From: Calditrichia bacterium
GTDB lineage: Bacteria > Calditrichota > Calditrichia > RBG-13-44-9
Assembly (NCBI GenBank): GCA_037381445.1
Contig: JARRQT010000099.1
Location: 1 to 17,097 of the forward strand
Direction of reading: 5' to 3'
Length of the DNA: 17,097 bases
The notes beneath the pieces were generated by a model. The model did not search any database. It was not told where the DNA came from and saw nothing but the letters and a program-made list of their open reading frames with translations. Both the position numbers and the translations under genes were made by a program. Positions 1 to 8,594 of this stretch are shown piece after piece (within the stretch, counting starts at the first letter, position 1; every line of letters begins with the position of its first letter).

Positions 1-1
1 G

Positions 2-529
2 GACATTCTTCTTCCCAAACTAAATGGTATTGAAGTCCTAAAGGAGATTCGTCGGGAAGGCTCCGATGTCCCGGTGCTGATGCTCACCGCCAAAAACAGA
101 ATTGAAGACAAGGTTGTGGGTCTGGATGCCGGCGCCGATGATTATCTTGGTAAGCCGTTTGCCATCCCCGAGTTGCTGGCAAGGGTCAGATCTCTGCTGC
201 GCAGAACCAGCGAAGCAAAATCATCCGTCATAAAGGTTGAAGATTTGGAAATCAATACCCAGACCCATGAAGTACACCGGCAGGGAAAAAACCTGAACCT
301 GACACCCAAGGAGTACGCGATTCTCGAATTTCTGTTATATAATAAAAACCGGGTGCTGTCACGGTTGTCCATTGCGGAACATGTATGGGGTGATAATTTC
401 GATCTGTTTACAATGACAAATTTCGTGGACGTTCATATTAAAAACTTAAGGAAAAAAATCGATGATAACCGCGAAAAAAACCTGATCCAGACCATTCGCG
501 GTGTTGGGTATATGATTAAGGAAGAATAA
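2..529 (+). CDS. OmpR/PhoB-family DNA-binding response regulator (5'-truncated by window edge)
   Basis: Frame is open from base 2: DILLPKLNGIEVLKEIRREGSDVPVLMLTAK...GLDAGADDYLGKPF (receiver domain), then LTPKEYAILEFL...NFVDVHIKNLRKKID...IQTIRGVGY (winged helix). The stop TAA overlaps the next ATG (TAATG). Confidence 0.96.
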   Translation, partial: DILLPKLNGIEVLKEIRREGSDVPVLMLTAKNRIEDKVVGLDAGADDYLGKPFAIPELLARVRSLLRRTSEAKSSVIKVEDLEINTQTHEVHRQGKNLNLTPKEYAILEFLLYNKNRVLSRLSIAEHVWGDNFDLFTMTNFVDVHIKNLRKKIDDNREKNLIQTIRGVGYMIKEE

Positions 530-1953
530 TGAAAATCCGGATTCGACTCACTCTCTGGTACTTTATTGTTACGCTGCTTATTGTCCTTGCCTTCAGCCTG
601 GGAACATATTGGGGTATGAAAAACCTGCTATACCGCGCCCTGGATCAGGAATTGGATATCGTTGCGGAAACGATTGAAAGATCTTATGATCCTTTCTTCA
701 ACGAATTCGAGGATCTCTATAATATTCCCGAGAACATAAATCGTTATCTTCAATATTATCTTATTGTCTATAACGCCGCAGGAAATCCGGTATTTTCTTC
801 TCCCATGACGCAGAATATTTCTCTTGATATCCCATTACCTAAAACCGAAGCGAAAAAAGGATTCACGCCTACCTTAAAAATTCCCAAAAGCATCCCGTTT
901 TTGCGGGCCAACGAAAACGGCGAAATCACTTTTCGTGTCATTTCCCGGCAAATGTATTACCAGAACCGGAGAATCGGATGGGTCACGGTGGGGCTTCCCA
1001 TTGAGCGCATTAATGAATCCATGGAAAACCTGTTGAATATCCTGATTATCGGAACCATTGCGGCGGTATTGCTTATTGGTACCGGCGGATATTTTTTAAC
1101 GCGGCAGACGCTGAACCCGGTGAATGATATCGCCCGCAAAGCCGCTGCCATCAGCTCAACCAACCTGAATGAGAGAATCAAAGTTGTTAATCCAGAGGAT
1201 GAACTGGGGCAGCTCTCAAAAGTGCTCAATGTGCTGCTGGAACGATTACAGCAGGCGTTCGACAGCCAGCTGCAGTTTATGGCGGATGCCGCCCACGAAT
1301 TGAAAACGCCGCTGGCAGTGCTGCGGGCCCATTGGGAAGAGGAACTGAATAATTCCGAATTGTCATGGGACTTAAAGGAAAAGCTGGTTGAAGATGTGGA
1401 GACCATAAGCAGGCTGAATCACCTCATCAGCAATCTTCTCATGCTATCGCAGACAGAAACTCATCACGCGGATTTTGAGTTCAGCACCATCAAACTGGAC
1501 GAGTTGCTGCAGGATGTGGTTGCCGATGCCCAAATACTTGCGGAAATCAAATCCCAGCAGATCCGGATTGTCGAGATACCGGAAACGGTGATACGAGGCG
1601 ACCGGAACCGGCTTTACCAGCTCTTTTTCAATATTATTGACAATGCGATAAAATACACACCCGAGAACGGTAAAATCTGGCTTTCTCTGCATCTTCACAG
1701 GCCATGGGCAACCGTGGAAATCCGAGACAATGGTCCGGGAATTCCCCGGGATGATATACCGCATATTTTTGAGAGGTTTTACCGGGTCCAGAAAGACCGC
1801 GCCCGCCGCACCGGCGGCAGCGGACTGGGTCTTTCCATCTGCAAGCTGATTGTAGAATCGCATAAAGGAAAGATTGAAGTGGAAAGCGAGATGGAAAAGG
1901 GAAGCGCCTTTCGCATCAAATTGCCGTTGAATAATGGTCAATATGAGTCTTAG
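529..1953 (+). CDS. Membrane sensor histidine kinase (2 TM, HAMP, HisKA, HATPase_c), CusS/CzcS/ArlS-like
   Basis: N-terminal IRIRLTLWY + TM helix, second TM, HAMP (DELGQLSKVLN), H-box FMADAAHELKTPL, N-box NIIDNAIKY, G1 DNGPGI, F-box IFERFYR, G2 GSGLGLSI. Translationally coupled to the regulator. Confidence 0.96.
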   Translation: MKIRIRLTLWYFIVTLLIVLAFSLGTYWGMKNLLYRALDQELDIVAETIERSYDPFFNEFEDLYNIPENINRYLQYYLIVYNAAGNPVFSSPMTQNISLDIPLPKTEAKKGFTPTLKIPKSIPFLRANENGEITFRVISRQMYYQNRRIGWVTVGLPIERINESMENLLNILIIGTIAAVLLIGTGGYFLTRQTLNPVNDIARKAAAISSTNLNERIKVVNPEDELGQLSKVLNVLLERLQQAFDSQLQFMADAAHELKTPLAVLRAHWEEELNNSELSWDLKEKLVEDVETISRLNHLISNLLMLSQTETHHADFEFSTIKLDELLQDVVADAQILAEIKSQQIRIVEIPETVIRGDRNRLYQLFFNIIDNAIKYTPENGKIWLSLHLHRPWATVEIRDNGPGIPRDDIPHIFERFYRVQKDRARRTGGSGLGLSICKLIVESHKGKIEVESEMEKGSAFRIKLPLNNGQYES

Positions 1954-2133
1954 GAATCTCTTCATTCTCATAGAATGAGCATTTCATCCGGTCGTTGGAT
2001 AGGTATTATTCATCCGCTTCCCAAATATAGACATACGCTTGGCTGGTATATGTAAAATTCTTTCGGGAGATGACAGGATTTCAATCCCGTAATGAAATTT
2101 ACTGCCTTCCCCTGGTTCAAAATAAAACCTCCC

Positions 2134-2163
2134 TTCATGAATTATTCATGTTCACACCATAAT
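2134..2163 (+). promoter_or_regulatory. Putative regulated promoter: TTCATG-N5-TTCATG direct repeat / CATGAAT-T-ATTCATG palindrome followed by a -10-like CATAAT
   Basis: TTCATG at 2134-2139 and 2145-2150 (11-bp period); perfect 7-1-7 palindrome at 2136-2150; CATAAT at 2158-2163. Lies in the AT-rich intergenic region upstream of the sqr-like gene. Confidence 0.45.
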
Positions 2164-2182
2164 GTTTAATTGTGATAGTATG

Positions 2183-2204
2183 AATGCGGGAAATCCGCAT
2201 TTTT
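2183..2204 (+). terminator. Hairpin with short U-tract (possible intrinsic terminator or leader hairpin)
   Basis: AATGCGG-GAAAT-CCGCATT followed by TTT, ending 43 nt upstream of the ATG at 2248. Confidence 0.35.
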
Positions 2205-2247
2205 CTAAAACAAAAAAATATTCATTTAAGATTGGGAGGAAATTATT

Positions 2248-3525
2248 ATGACACCAACAAAAAAACCTCGCGTTTTGGTTTTGGGCGGTAACTTCGCCGG
2301 TTTAACCGCCGCCCGATTTATCCGTGAAAAATGCGGCGACGCGGTGAATATGACGCTGATTGACCGCAAACCTTATTTGATTTTTGTCCCCAATATACCC
2401 CTGGAGGTTTTTGCCAACGAAGATCCCGCGGAAAGATTACATATGCCCATTGTGAAATATCTGGATCGGGACAACATTGACTTTATTCAGGGGAACATTC
2501 AACAAGTTGATATCGATCATTCCAGCGTCAGTTATATTCCAACAGAACGTTCCGGCGGTGCCATTGAAAATATCCGGTATGATTATCTCGTGATTGCACT
2601 CGGGGCCCGCCTGGCCTATGATAAAATTGAAGGTTTCGCAGAAAATGGGTATACTTTATCGGACAGCTATTATGGAAACAGATTGCGGGAATACCTGCAC
2701 GGCGGCGGTTATAAGGGAGGACCAATCGCCATCGGTTCCGCCCGTTTTTTTCAGGGCAACAAAAACAAACCGGATTGGCTGCCGGAATCCAGAGCCGCCT
2801 GCGACGGGCCGCCGTTGGAAGTGTCTATGGCGCTGGCGAGCTGGCTGGGAGACCGGTCCATGGGCGGACCGGAAAAAATAACCCTGTTCAGTCCCGCCAA
2901 GGTGATCGCTGAAGATGCCGGGCAAAAAATAGTAAAGGAGTTTCTGGACATGGCTGGCCAGATGGGATTCAAATATCAAAAGGACACACCCGATATTAAA
3001 AAGGTCTCCCCTGACGGTATCGAATTCACAAATGGAAATTCTATTGACGCAGAACTGAAAATTATTTTCCCAAATTGGCAGCCCCATAATCTTCTGAAGG
3101 ATTTACCTATTACGGATGAAGTCGGTTTTGTGGTTACTGATTTGAGCATGAGAAATCCGGATTATTCGAACATTTTTGCGCTTGGCGATTGTGCGTCTCT
3201 TACGGTCCCGAAACTCGGTGCCCATGGCCATCAGCAGGCCGGAATTGTTGCCAATCAAATTGCCAAAGACCTCGGTAAAATTTCGGCCGATGAGGCTGAT
3301 AAATCTTTCTGGCCAGAAATTATCTGCATGGGGGATATGGGTCATAACAAGGCATTTTACATCCACTCCGATGCGTGGTATGGGGGAAAAACAAGTATAT
3401 TCAAAATGGGCTATACGTATTATGCTATGAAGCTGGCATTCAAGGAAATGTATTTCCGGACTGGTGGCAAGCCCCCGACCTGGGGAATCCCACTTACGGA
3501 ATTTGTTGCAGAAAAAGCAACCTGA
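2248..3525 (+). CDS. sqr: Sulfide:quinone oxidoreductase-like FAD-dependent oxidoreductase (type V / SqrE-like)
   Basis: SD GGGAGG at 2234-2239; FAD-binding VLVLGGNFAGLTAA; YDYLVIALGA; IAIGSARFFQG loop; redox Cys motifs ACDGPPLE (C185) and EIICMGD (C360); NIFALGD..S.TVPKLG; DAWYGG; C-terminal amphipathic AMKLAFKEMYFRTGG. Confidence 0.8.
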   Translation: MTPTKKPRVLVLGGNFAGLTAARFIREKCGDAVNMTLIDRKPYLIFVPNIPLEVFANEDPAERLHMPIVKYLDRDNIDFIQGNIQQVDIDHSSVSYIPTERSGGAIENIRYDYLVIALGARLAYDKIEGFAENGYTLSDSYYGNRLREYLHGGGYKGGPIAIGSARFFQGNKNKPDWLPESRAACDGPPLEVSMALASWLGDRSMGGPEKITLFSPAKVIAEDAGQKIVKEFLDMAGQMGFKYQKDTPDIKKVSPDGIEFTNGNSIDAELKIIFPNWQPHNLLKDLPITDEVGFVVTDLSMRNPDYSNIFALGDCASLTVPKLGAHGHQQAGIVANQIAKDLGKISADEADKSFWPEIICMGDMGHNKAFYIHSDAWYGGKTSIFKMGYTYYAMKLAFKEMYFRTGGKPPTWGIPLTEFVAEKAT

Positions 3526-3553
3526 TCTAATAACTGCAGCTTTCCATCTGGAA

Positions 3554-3596
3554 CAGATATCAGAAGCAGGTCTGAATTGAGATCTGCTTCTGTCTG
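3554..3596. repeat. Intergenic inverted repeat (stem-loop) downstream of the sqr-like gene
   Basis: CAGAAGCAGGTCT (3561-3573), GAATTG loop, AGATCTGCTTCTG (3580-3592): a 13-bp stem with one G.U pair, extendable by CAGA/TCTG across a 3-nt bulge. No U-tract on the + strand. Confidence 0.7.
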
Positions 3597-3659
3597 AAAT
3601 AGTAAATGAGATAGACATAAACGCTGAAAATTGATTCGCAGACTGAAAGAAAGCCGAAC

Positions 3660-4883
3660 GTGCTAGAGAATTTTGCAAAATCCATCGGAGCCAATCGTGC
3701 AGTGCTCGCCCTGTCATTTGCCCGCCTAGCCGATGCCATGGGCAACAGTATCTTGTTTATCATCATTCCTCTCTACGTTGCCAAATTACCCGAGGTGCTC
3801 TTCCATCTGCCCGTTCCGGTTCAGGTGGGAATCCTGATCTCATTGTACGGCTTCATGAATTCCTTTCTGCAGCCCATTATGGGCGCTCTAACCGACCGGC
3901 TGGGCCGCCGCAAAATTCTGATTCAAATTGGACTCGCCCTGATAGGAATTTGCACGGTTGCTTTTGTATTTGCTCAGCGTTTTGTCGATTTGCTCGTGCT
4001 GCGCTCCCTGCAGGGGGTGGCAGTCGCCATTACCATTCCAGCCTCCATGGCCATCATGGCGGCCATCACCGAGAAAAGCACCCGCGGAGGCTCCATGGGG
4101 ATCTATGCCACTTTCAGGGTGGTCGGCTTTTCAATCGGCCCGCTGCTGGGCGGATTTCTGAAGGTTCATTGGGGTTTCAATGCCGCATTTTTTGTCGGGG
4201 CAGGATTGATTTTTCTGGCCATGCTCCTGGTGCAAATCTGGGTAGACGATGTCCGAATCCCCAAAGAAAACATTCAGGCACGCCCCGTCAGAATTATTGA
4301 TACCTCACTGCTCAGTCCGGGAATATTCACCGCAGCATTATCGACCTTCCTGATGGCGGCGGCCTTTTCCATGGTAAGCGCCCTGGAAAATGAATTCAAT
4401 GCGCGGCTAAGCATCAATGCCCTGGGTTTCGGAATCGCATTCAGCTCCCTCATGGTTGGCCGTCTGCTCTTCCAGGTGCCGCTCGGCCACCTCTCCGATC
4501 GCATCGGGAGGAGGCCGATTATTCTCATCGGCCTTTTATTTACCGTCCCTGCCATCATTTTATTGGGTGAGGTCACCACTCTCTGGCAGTTTGTGGCCAT
4601 ACGGCTCTTTCAGGGAATTGCTGCGGCTGCCATTGCCGCACCGGCTTTTGCAGTAGCCGCCGATCTTTCTTCCTACGGCGGAGAAGGACGCCAGATGAGT
4701 ATTATCACCATGGGATTCGGACTGGGGATAGCCACCGGCCCGTTGATCGCCGGGATTCTATCAATAGCCTTCTTTGAACTGCCATTCCTTGCGATCGGCG
4801 GCATGACGCTGCTGGGGCTGTTGGTCGTCTATTGGTACCTGCCTGAAACGGTGAAACAGGAATCTCCGCCGTTTAACCGGTGA
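3660..4883 (+). CDS. MFS transporter (DHA1/TetA-like fold), substrate unknown
   Basis: About 12 hydrophobic segments; MFS motif A twice (GALTDRLGRRK, GHLSDRIGRRP); RGGSMG...GFSIGPLLGG motif C region. GTG start, so the exact start is uncertain. Confidence 0.93.
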   Translation: MLENFAKSIGANRAVLALSFARLADAMGNSILFIIIPLYVAKLPEVLFHLPVPVQVGILISLYGFMNSFLQPIMGALTDRLGRRKILIQIGLALIGICTVAFVFAQRFVDLLVLRSLQGVAVAITIPASMAIMAAITEKSTRGGSMGIYATFRVVGFSIGPLLGGFLKVHWGFNAAFFVGAGLIFLAMLLVQIWVDDVRIPKENIQARPVRIIDTSLLSPGIFTAALSTFLMAAAFSMVSALENEFNARLSINALGFGIAFSSLMVGRLLFQVPLGHLSDRIGRRPIILIGLLFTVPAIILLGEVTTLWQFVAIRLFQGIAAAAIAAPAFAVAADLSSYGGEGRQMSIITMGFGLGIATGPLIAGILSIAFFELPFLAIGGMTLLGLLVVYWYLPETVKQESPPFNR

Positions 4884-4910
4884 AAATAATGGCGGCTTCA
4901 GCAAAGCAAT

Positions 4911-4947
4911 TTCATTAAAACTTCATATTTCATAATTATTCTACTCT
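4911..4947 (+). promoter_or_regulatory. Putative internal promoter/operator with TTCAT-N6-TTCAT direct repeat
   Basis: TTCAT at 4911-4915 and 4922-4926 (11-bp period), third copy at 4929-4933; -10-like hexamers CATAAT (4931-4936) and TACTCT (4942-4947); SD AGGAGG at 4959-4964. Confidence 0.35.
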
Positions 4948-4970
4948 TACAGAAAGAAAGGAGGATAATT

Positions 4971-5597
4971 ATGCCCAAATCTGAAAATATAAAAAGCCTT
5001 TTTTTAGATGTCGGGGGCGTGCTGCTCACCAACGGATGGGACAGGCATGCCCGGAAACGCGCCATTAAAAATTTTGATCTGGATGAAGATGAAGTCAGTG
5101 AAAGGCACCATCTGACGTTCGATACCTATGAAGAGGGCAAATTATCTCTCCGTGAATATCTTGACCGGCTGGTGTTTTACAAAAAGCGGTCTTTCACACA
5201 TGAGGATTTTAAAAATTTCATGTTCTCGCAATCGGAGCCGCATCCGGAAATGATTGAATTAATTGCGAAACTTCGAGCCAGGCATAATTTGAGAATTATC
5301 ACGGTGAATAATGAAGGCCGTGAATTGAATGAGTACCGGATTCGAAAATTCAAGCTTTACGAATTTGCGGATGCTTTTGTTTCTTCCAGCTTTGTGCATT
5401 TCCGCAAGCCGGATAAGGACATCTTTCGTATTGCGCTGGACATATCACAAATGGAGCCGGAAAACGTCATCTACATTGATGACCGGGACATGTTTGTAGA
5501 GATCGCAAGGAGTCTGGGGATTCACGGGATTCATCATAAAAGCCTGGAAGAAACGAGATCGCTTTTGGCGCAGAAGGGCCTTTCACTAAAAGAATAG
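4971..5597 (+). CDS. HAD-superfamily (IA) phosphatase, YihX/glucose-1-phosphatase-like
   Basis: Motif I FLDVGGVL, motif III RKPD..IF, motif IV YIDDR..FVE.A...G; strong SD AGGAGG. Confidence 0.9.
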   Translation: MPKSENIKSLFLDVGGVLLTNGWDRHARKRAIKNFDLDEDEVSERHHLTFDTYEEGKLSLREYLDRLVFYKKRSFTHEDFKNFMFSQSEPHPEMIELIAKLRARHNLRIITVNNEGRELNEYRIRKFKLYEFADAFVSSSFVHFRKPDKDIFRIALDISQMEPENVIYIDDRDMFVEIARSLGIHGIHHKSLEETRSLLAQKGLSLKE

Positions 5598-5631
5598 TAA
5601 CTGAGAACTTTAAATTGGGGGGAAAACAACA

Positions 5632-7047
5632 ATGGAAAACAAACAATATGATCTTGGAATGGTTGGCCTGGGTGTCATGGGCCGCAACCTTGTTTTGAAT
5701 ATGGGTGATGCCGACTTTGCGGTGATCGGTTACGATAAAGACTCGGAAAAGGCAGATGCCTTGAATAAGGAGGCCGGAAAACAAAAGGTTTACGGCACGA
5801 AGAAAAAAGAGGAATTTATTCAGCTTCTTAAAAAACCGCGTACGGTTATGATGCTGGTTCCGGCCGGAAAACCTGTCGATTCGGTAATCGATGACATTCT
5901 GCCCCATCTCGAAAAAGGGGATCTGATCATCGATGGCGGCAATTCCCATTTTACGGACACCAACCGCCGCGCATCGCAACTCGCTGAAAAAGGGATACAA
6001 TTCATCGGCGTGGGTATTTCAGGCGGTGAAAAAGGCGCCCGCTTTGGTCCCAGCATGATGCCGGGAGGGACCAGGGAAGCATATCAGCGGGTGGAAAAGA
6101 TTTTTGAAGCCGCTGCCGCCAAAGTGGACGGAGATCCATGCGTGACTTATCTCGGACCCGGATCAGCGGGTCATTATGTAAAAATGGTTCATAACGGAAT
6201 TGAATACGGGCTGATCCAGTTGCTGGCGGAAACTTACGATCTCCTGAAAAGGGGCGTGGGATTGAGCAACGATGAACTCCACAAAGTCTTCAGCGACTGG
6301 AATGCGGGGGAATTGAAATCATATCTGGTCGAGATCACCGCCCATATTTTTAAACAACCGGATGAAAAGAGCGGCAAACGGCTCATCGACGTTATTCTGG
6401 ATGAAGCAAAACAGAAGGGCACCGGAAAATGGACTTCCCAGGATGCCATGGAACTGCAGGTCCCCCAACCGACCATCGATATGGCGGTGGCCATGCGGGA
6501 TATGTCGGGCTATAAAAAAGAACGCGAGGCGGCCCAGAAGATTTTATCCGGTCCCGATCCCCGCTTCGGCGGAAATAAAGACCAGGTCATTCAGCAAATC
6601 CGGAATGCTTTCTTTTTTGCGATGGTCATGGCCTACGCTCAGGGGATGGCATTGCTGCGAAGGGCATCGGCCCAATACAATTACAGCCTGAAGCTGAATG
6701 ACGTGGCCCGTATCTGGCGGGGAGGCTGCATCATTCGAGCCGAATTGCTGGAAGATATCCGGGCTGCTTTCAAGAAGAATCCGGATCTGGATAATCTGCT
6801 GGTCAATACCAAATTCGCCGATGAAGTCCAGAGGCGGCAGGACGATATCCGGGCGATCGTACGGACCGCTGCGGAATTGGGAATTCCCGCTCCCGCCTAT
6901 ATGGCCTCCCTGGGATATTACGACAGCTACCGCAGCGGCTGGCTGCCGGCGAACCTGATTCAGGCTCAACGGGACTTTTTTGGTTCCCACACCTATGAAC
7001 GAATCGATGAAGAAGGAGTTTTCCATACCCATTGGAATGAGGATTAG
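5632..7047 (+). CDS. gnd: 6-phosphogluconate dehydrogenase, decarboxylating (long form)
   Basis: GLGVMG, MMLVPAG, IIDGGNS, GISGGEKGARFGPSMMPGG, GHYVKMVHNGIEYG, QKGTGKWT, IWRGGCIIRA, NLIQAQRDFFGSHTYER. Confidence 0.98.
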   Translation: MENKQYDLGMVGLGVMGRNLVLNMGDADFAVIGYDKDSEKADALNKEAGKQKVYGTKKKEEFIQLLKKPRTVMMLVPAGKPVDSVIDDILPHLEKGDLIIDGGNSHFTDTNRRASQLAEKGIQFIGVGISGGEKGARFGPSMMPGGTREAYQRVEKIFEAAAAKVDGDPCVTYLGPGSAGHYVKMVHNGIEYGLIQLLAETYDLLKRGVGLSNDELHKVFSDWNAGELKSYLVEITAHIFKQPDEKSGKRLIDVILDEAKQKGTGKWTSQDAMELQVPQPTIDMAVAMRDMSGYKKEREAAQKILSGPDPRFGGNKDQVIQQIRNAFFFAMVMAYAQGMALLRRASAQYNYSLKLNDVARIWRGGCIIRAELLEDIRAAFKKNPDLDNLLVNTKFADEVQRRQDDIRAIVRTAAELGIPAPAYMASLGYYDSYRSGWLPANLIQAQRDFFGSHTYERIDEEGVFHTHWNED

Positions 7048-7056
7048 GAGGAAAAA

Positions 7057-8592
7057 ATGCAGAAGGAAAAGAAAATAAATTCAACCGTTTTAGTTATTTT
7101 TGGCGGCGGCGGAGATTTGGCCTGGCGCAAACTGGTACCAGCAATTTACAATATTTACCTGGATGGCCGGATGACCGACAATTTTGCCGTCATTGGAGTG
7201 GATAGCAAAGAATTCTCCGATCAAAAGTACCGTGAAAGGCTGCTCGACGGCGTCAATAAATTTTCCCGTCGCGGCAAAGCAAAAAGCGACGAATGGAAAA
7301 AATTCCAGGAAGCCATTTCCTATTTCCAGGCGGACTTCACCAACGCGCAGACCTACAAGAACATCTCGGACCGGATAGCCGATCTGGAAAAGAAATGGAA
7401 CGGCAGAAGCAGCCGGATTTTTTACATGGCCGTGCCGCCCAATTTCATAGAACCCATATCAAAACAGCTCGGACGATCCCATTTGACGCAGGATCGGGAT
7501 CATTCCCGCGTTGTGGTGGAAAAACCGTTCGGCCACAACCTGGGAAGCGCCCGGGAATTGAATAAGATTCTGACAGAAATATTTCAGGAAAAGCAGATTT
7601 ACCGCATCGACCATTTTCTGGGGAAGGAAACTGTTCAGAATATTCTGGCTTTCCGTTTTGCAAATGCACTCTTTGAACCAATCTGGAACCGGAATTATAT
7701 CGATCATGTGCAGATCACCGTTGCTGAAAAGGTGGGCGTGGAACACCGGGGCAGCTATTACGACCATGCCGGCGCCATGCGGGATATGATTCAGAATCAC
7801 CTGCTGCAGTTATTGTGCCTGATAGCCATGGAACCTCCGGTATCTTTTGACGCCGACGAAGTGCGGAGTAAAAAGGTGGATGTGCTGCATGCTCTTCGCA
7901 AATATAAACGGGAAGAAGTACGCGATTGCGCGGTCCGCGGACAATACGGGCCGGGTTGGCTGCAGGGCGAACACGTCGACGGCTACCGGGAAGAACCCGG
8001 CGTGGACCCCAACTCAACGACCGAAACCTTCGCGGCGGTGAAATTTTTTATCGACAACTGGCGCTGGCAGGATGTTCCTTTTTACCTGCGAACCGGAAAA
8101 CGGATGAAAGAAAAGATATCGGTGATCACCATTCAATTCCGGCCCGTACCCCATCATTCTTTCCCTTCCGAGGCGGTAACGAACTGGCAGCCCAACCGCC
8201 TCGTTCTTTCCATCCAACCGCAGAAAGGAATACGGCTGCGCTTTCAGGCAAAGGAACCCGGCCTGCGAATGATACTGAATCCTGTAGACATGCACTTCAA
8301 TTACAGTGACAGTTACAACGAACAGCCCCCGGAAGCATATGAAACCCTGCTTCTGGATGTCATCCTGGGAGACGCCACCCTGTTCATGCGGGCCGACCAG
8401 GTAGAGGCAGCCTGGGACCGGCTGATGCCCATTCTGGATGTATGGGATTCCACACCTCCCATGGACTTTCCCAATTACACGGCCGGCGAATGGGGTCCGG
8501 AAGATGCCGAGTCGCTGATCGCGCAGGACGGACATACCTGGATAATGCTGCCCATTTTGGAATCCGATCAAAATGAAAATGAGGAGGATTGA
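7057..8592 (+). CDS. zwf: Glucose-6-phosphate 1-dehydrogenase
   Basis: [75 protein letters not shown] at 7046-7051. Confidence 0.98.
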   Translation: MQKEKKINSTVLVIFGGGGDLAWRKLVPAIYNIYLDGRMTDNFAVIGVDSKEFSDQKYRERLLDGVNKFSRRGKAKSDEWKKFQEAISYFQADFTNAQTYKNISDRIADLEKKWNGRSSRIFYMAVPPNFIEPISKQLGRSHLTQDRDHSRVVVEKPFGHNLGSARELNKILTEIFQEKQIYRIDHFLGKETVQNILAFRFANALFEPIWNRNYIDHVQITVAEKVGVEHRGSYYDHAGAMRDMIQNHLLQLLCLIAMEPPVSFDADEVRSKKVDVLHALRKYKREEVRDCAVRGQYGPGWLQGEHVDGYREEPGVDPNSTTETFAAVKFFIDNWRWQDVPFYLRTGKRMKEKISVITIQFRPVPHHSFPSEAVTNWQPNRLVLSIQPQKGIRLRFQAKEPGLRMILNPVDMHFNYSDSYNEQPPEAYETLLLDVILGDATLFMRADQVEAAWDRLMPILDVWDSTPPMDFPNYTAGEWGPEDAESLIAQDGHTWIMLPILESDQNENEED

Positions 8593-8594
8593 AT

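Noticed and set aside
2..1953. Naming the two-component system cusRS/czcRS (metal sensing)
   Set aside because: The architecture is similar, but the sensor domain is not His/Met-rich and no metal-efflux genes are in the window; the stimulus cannot be assigned.
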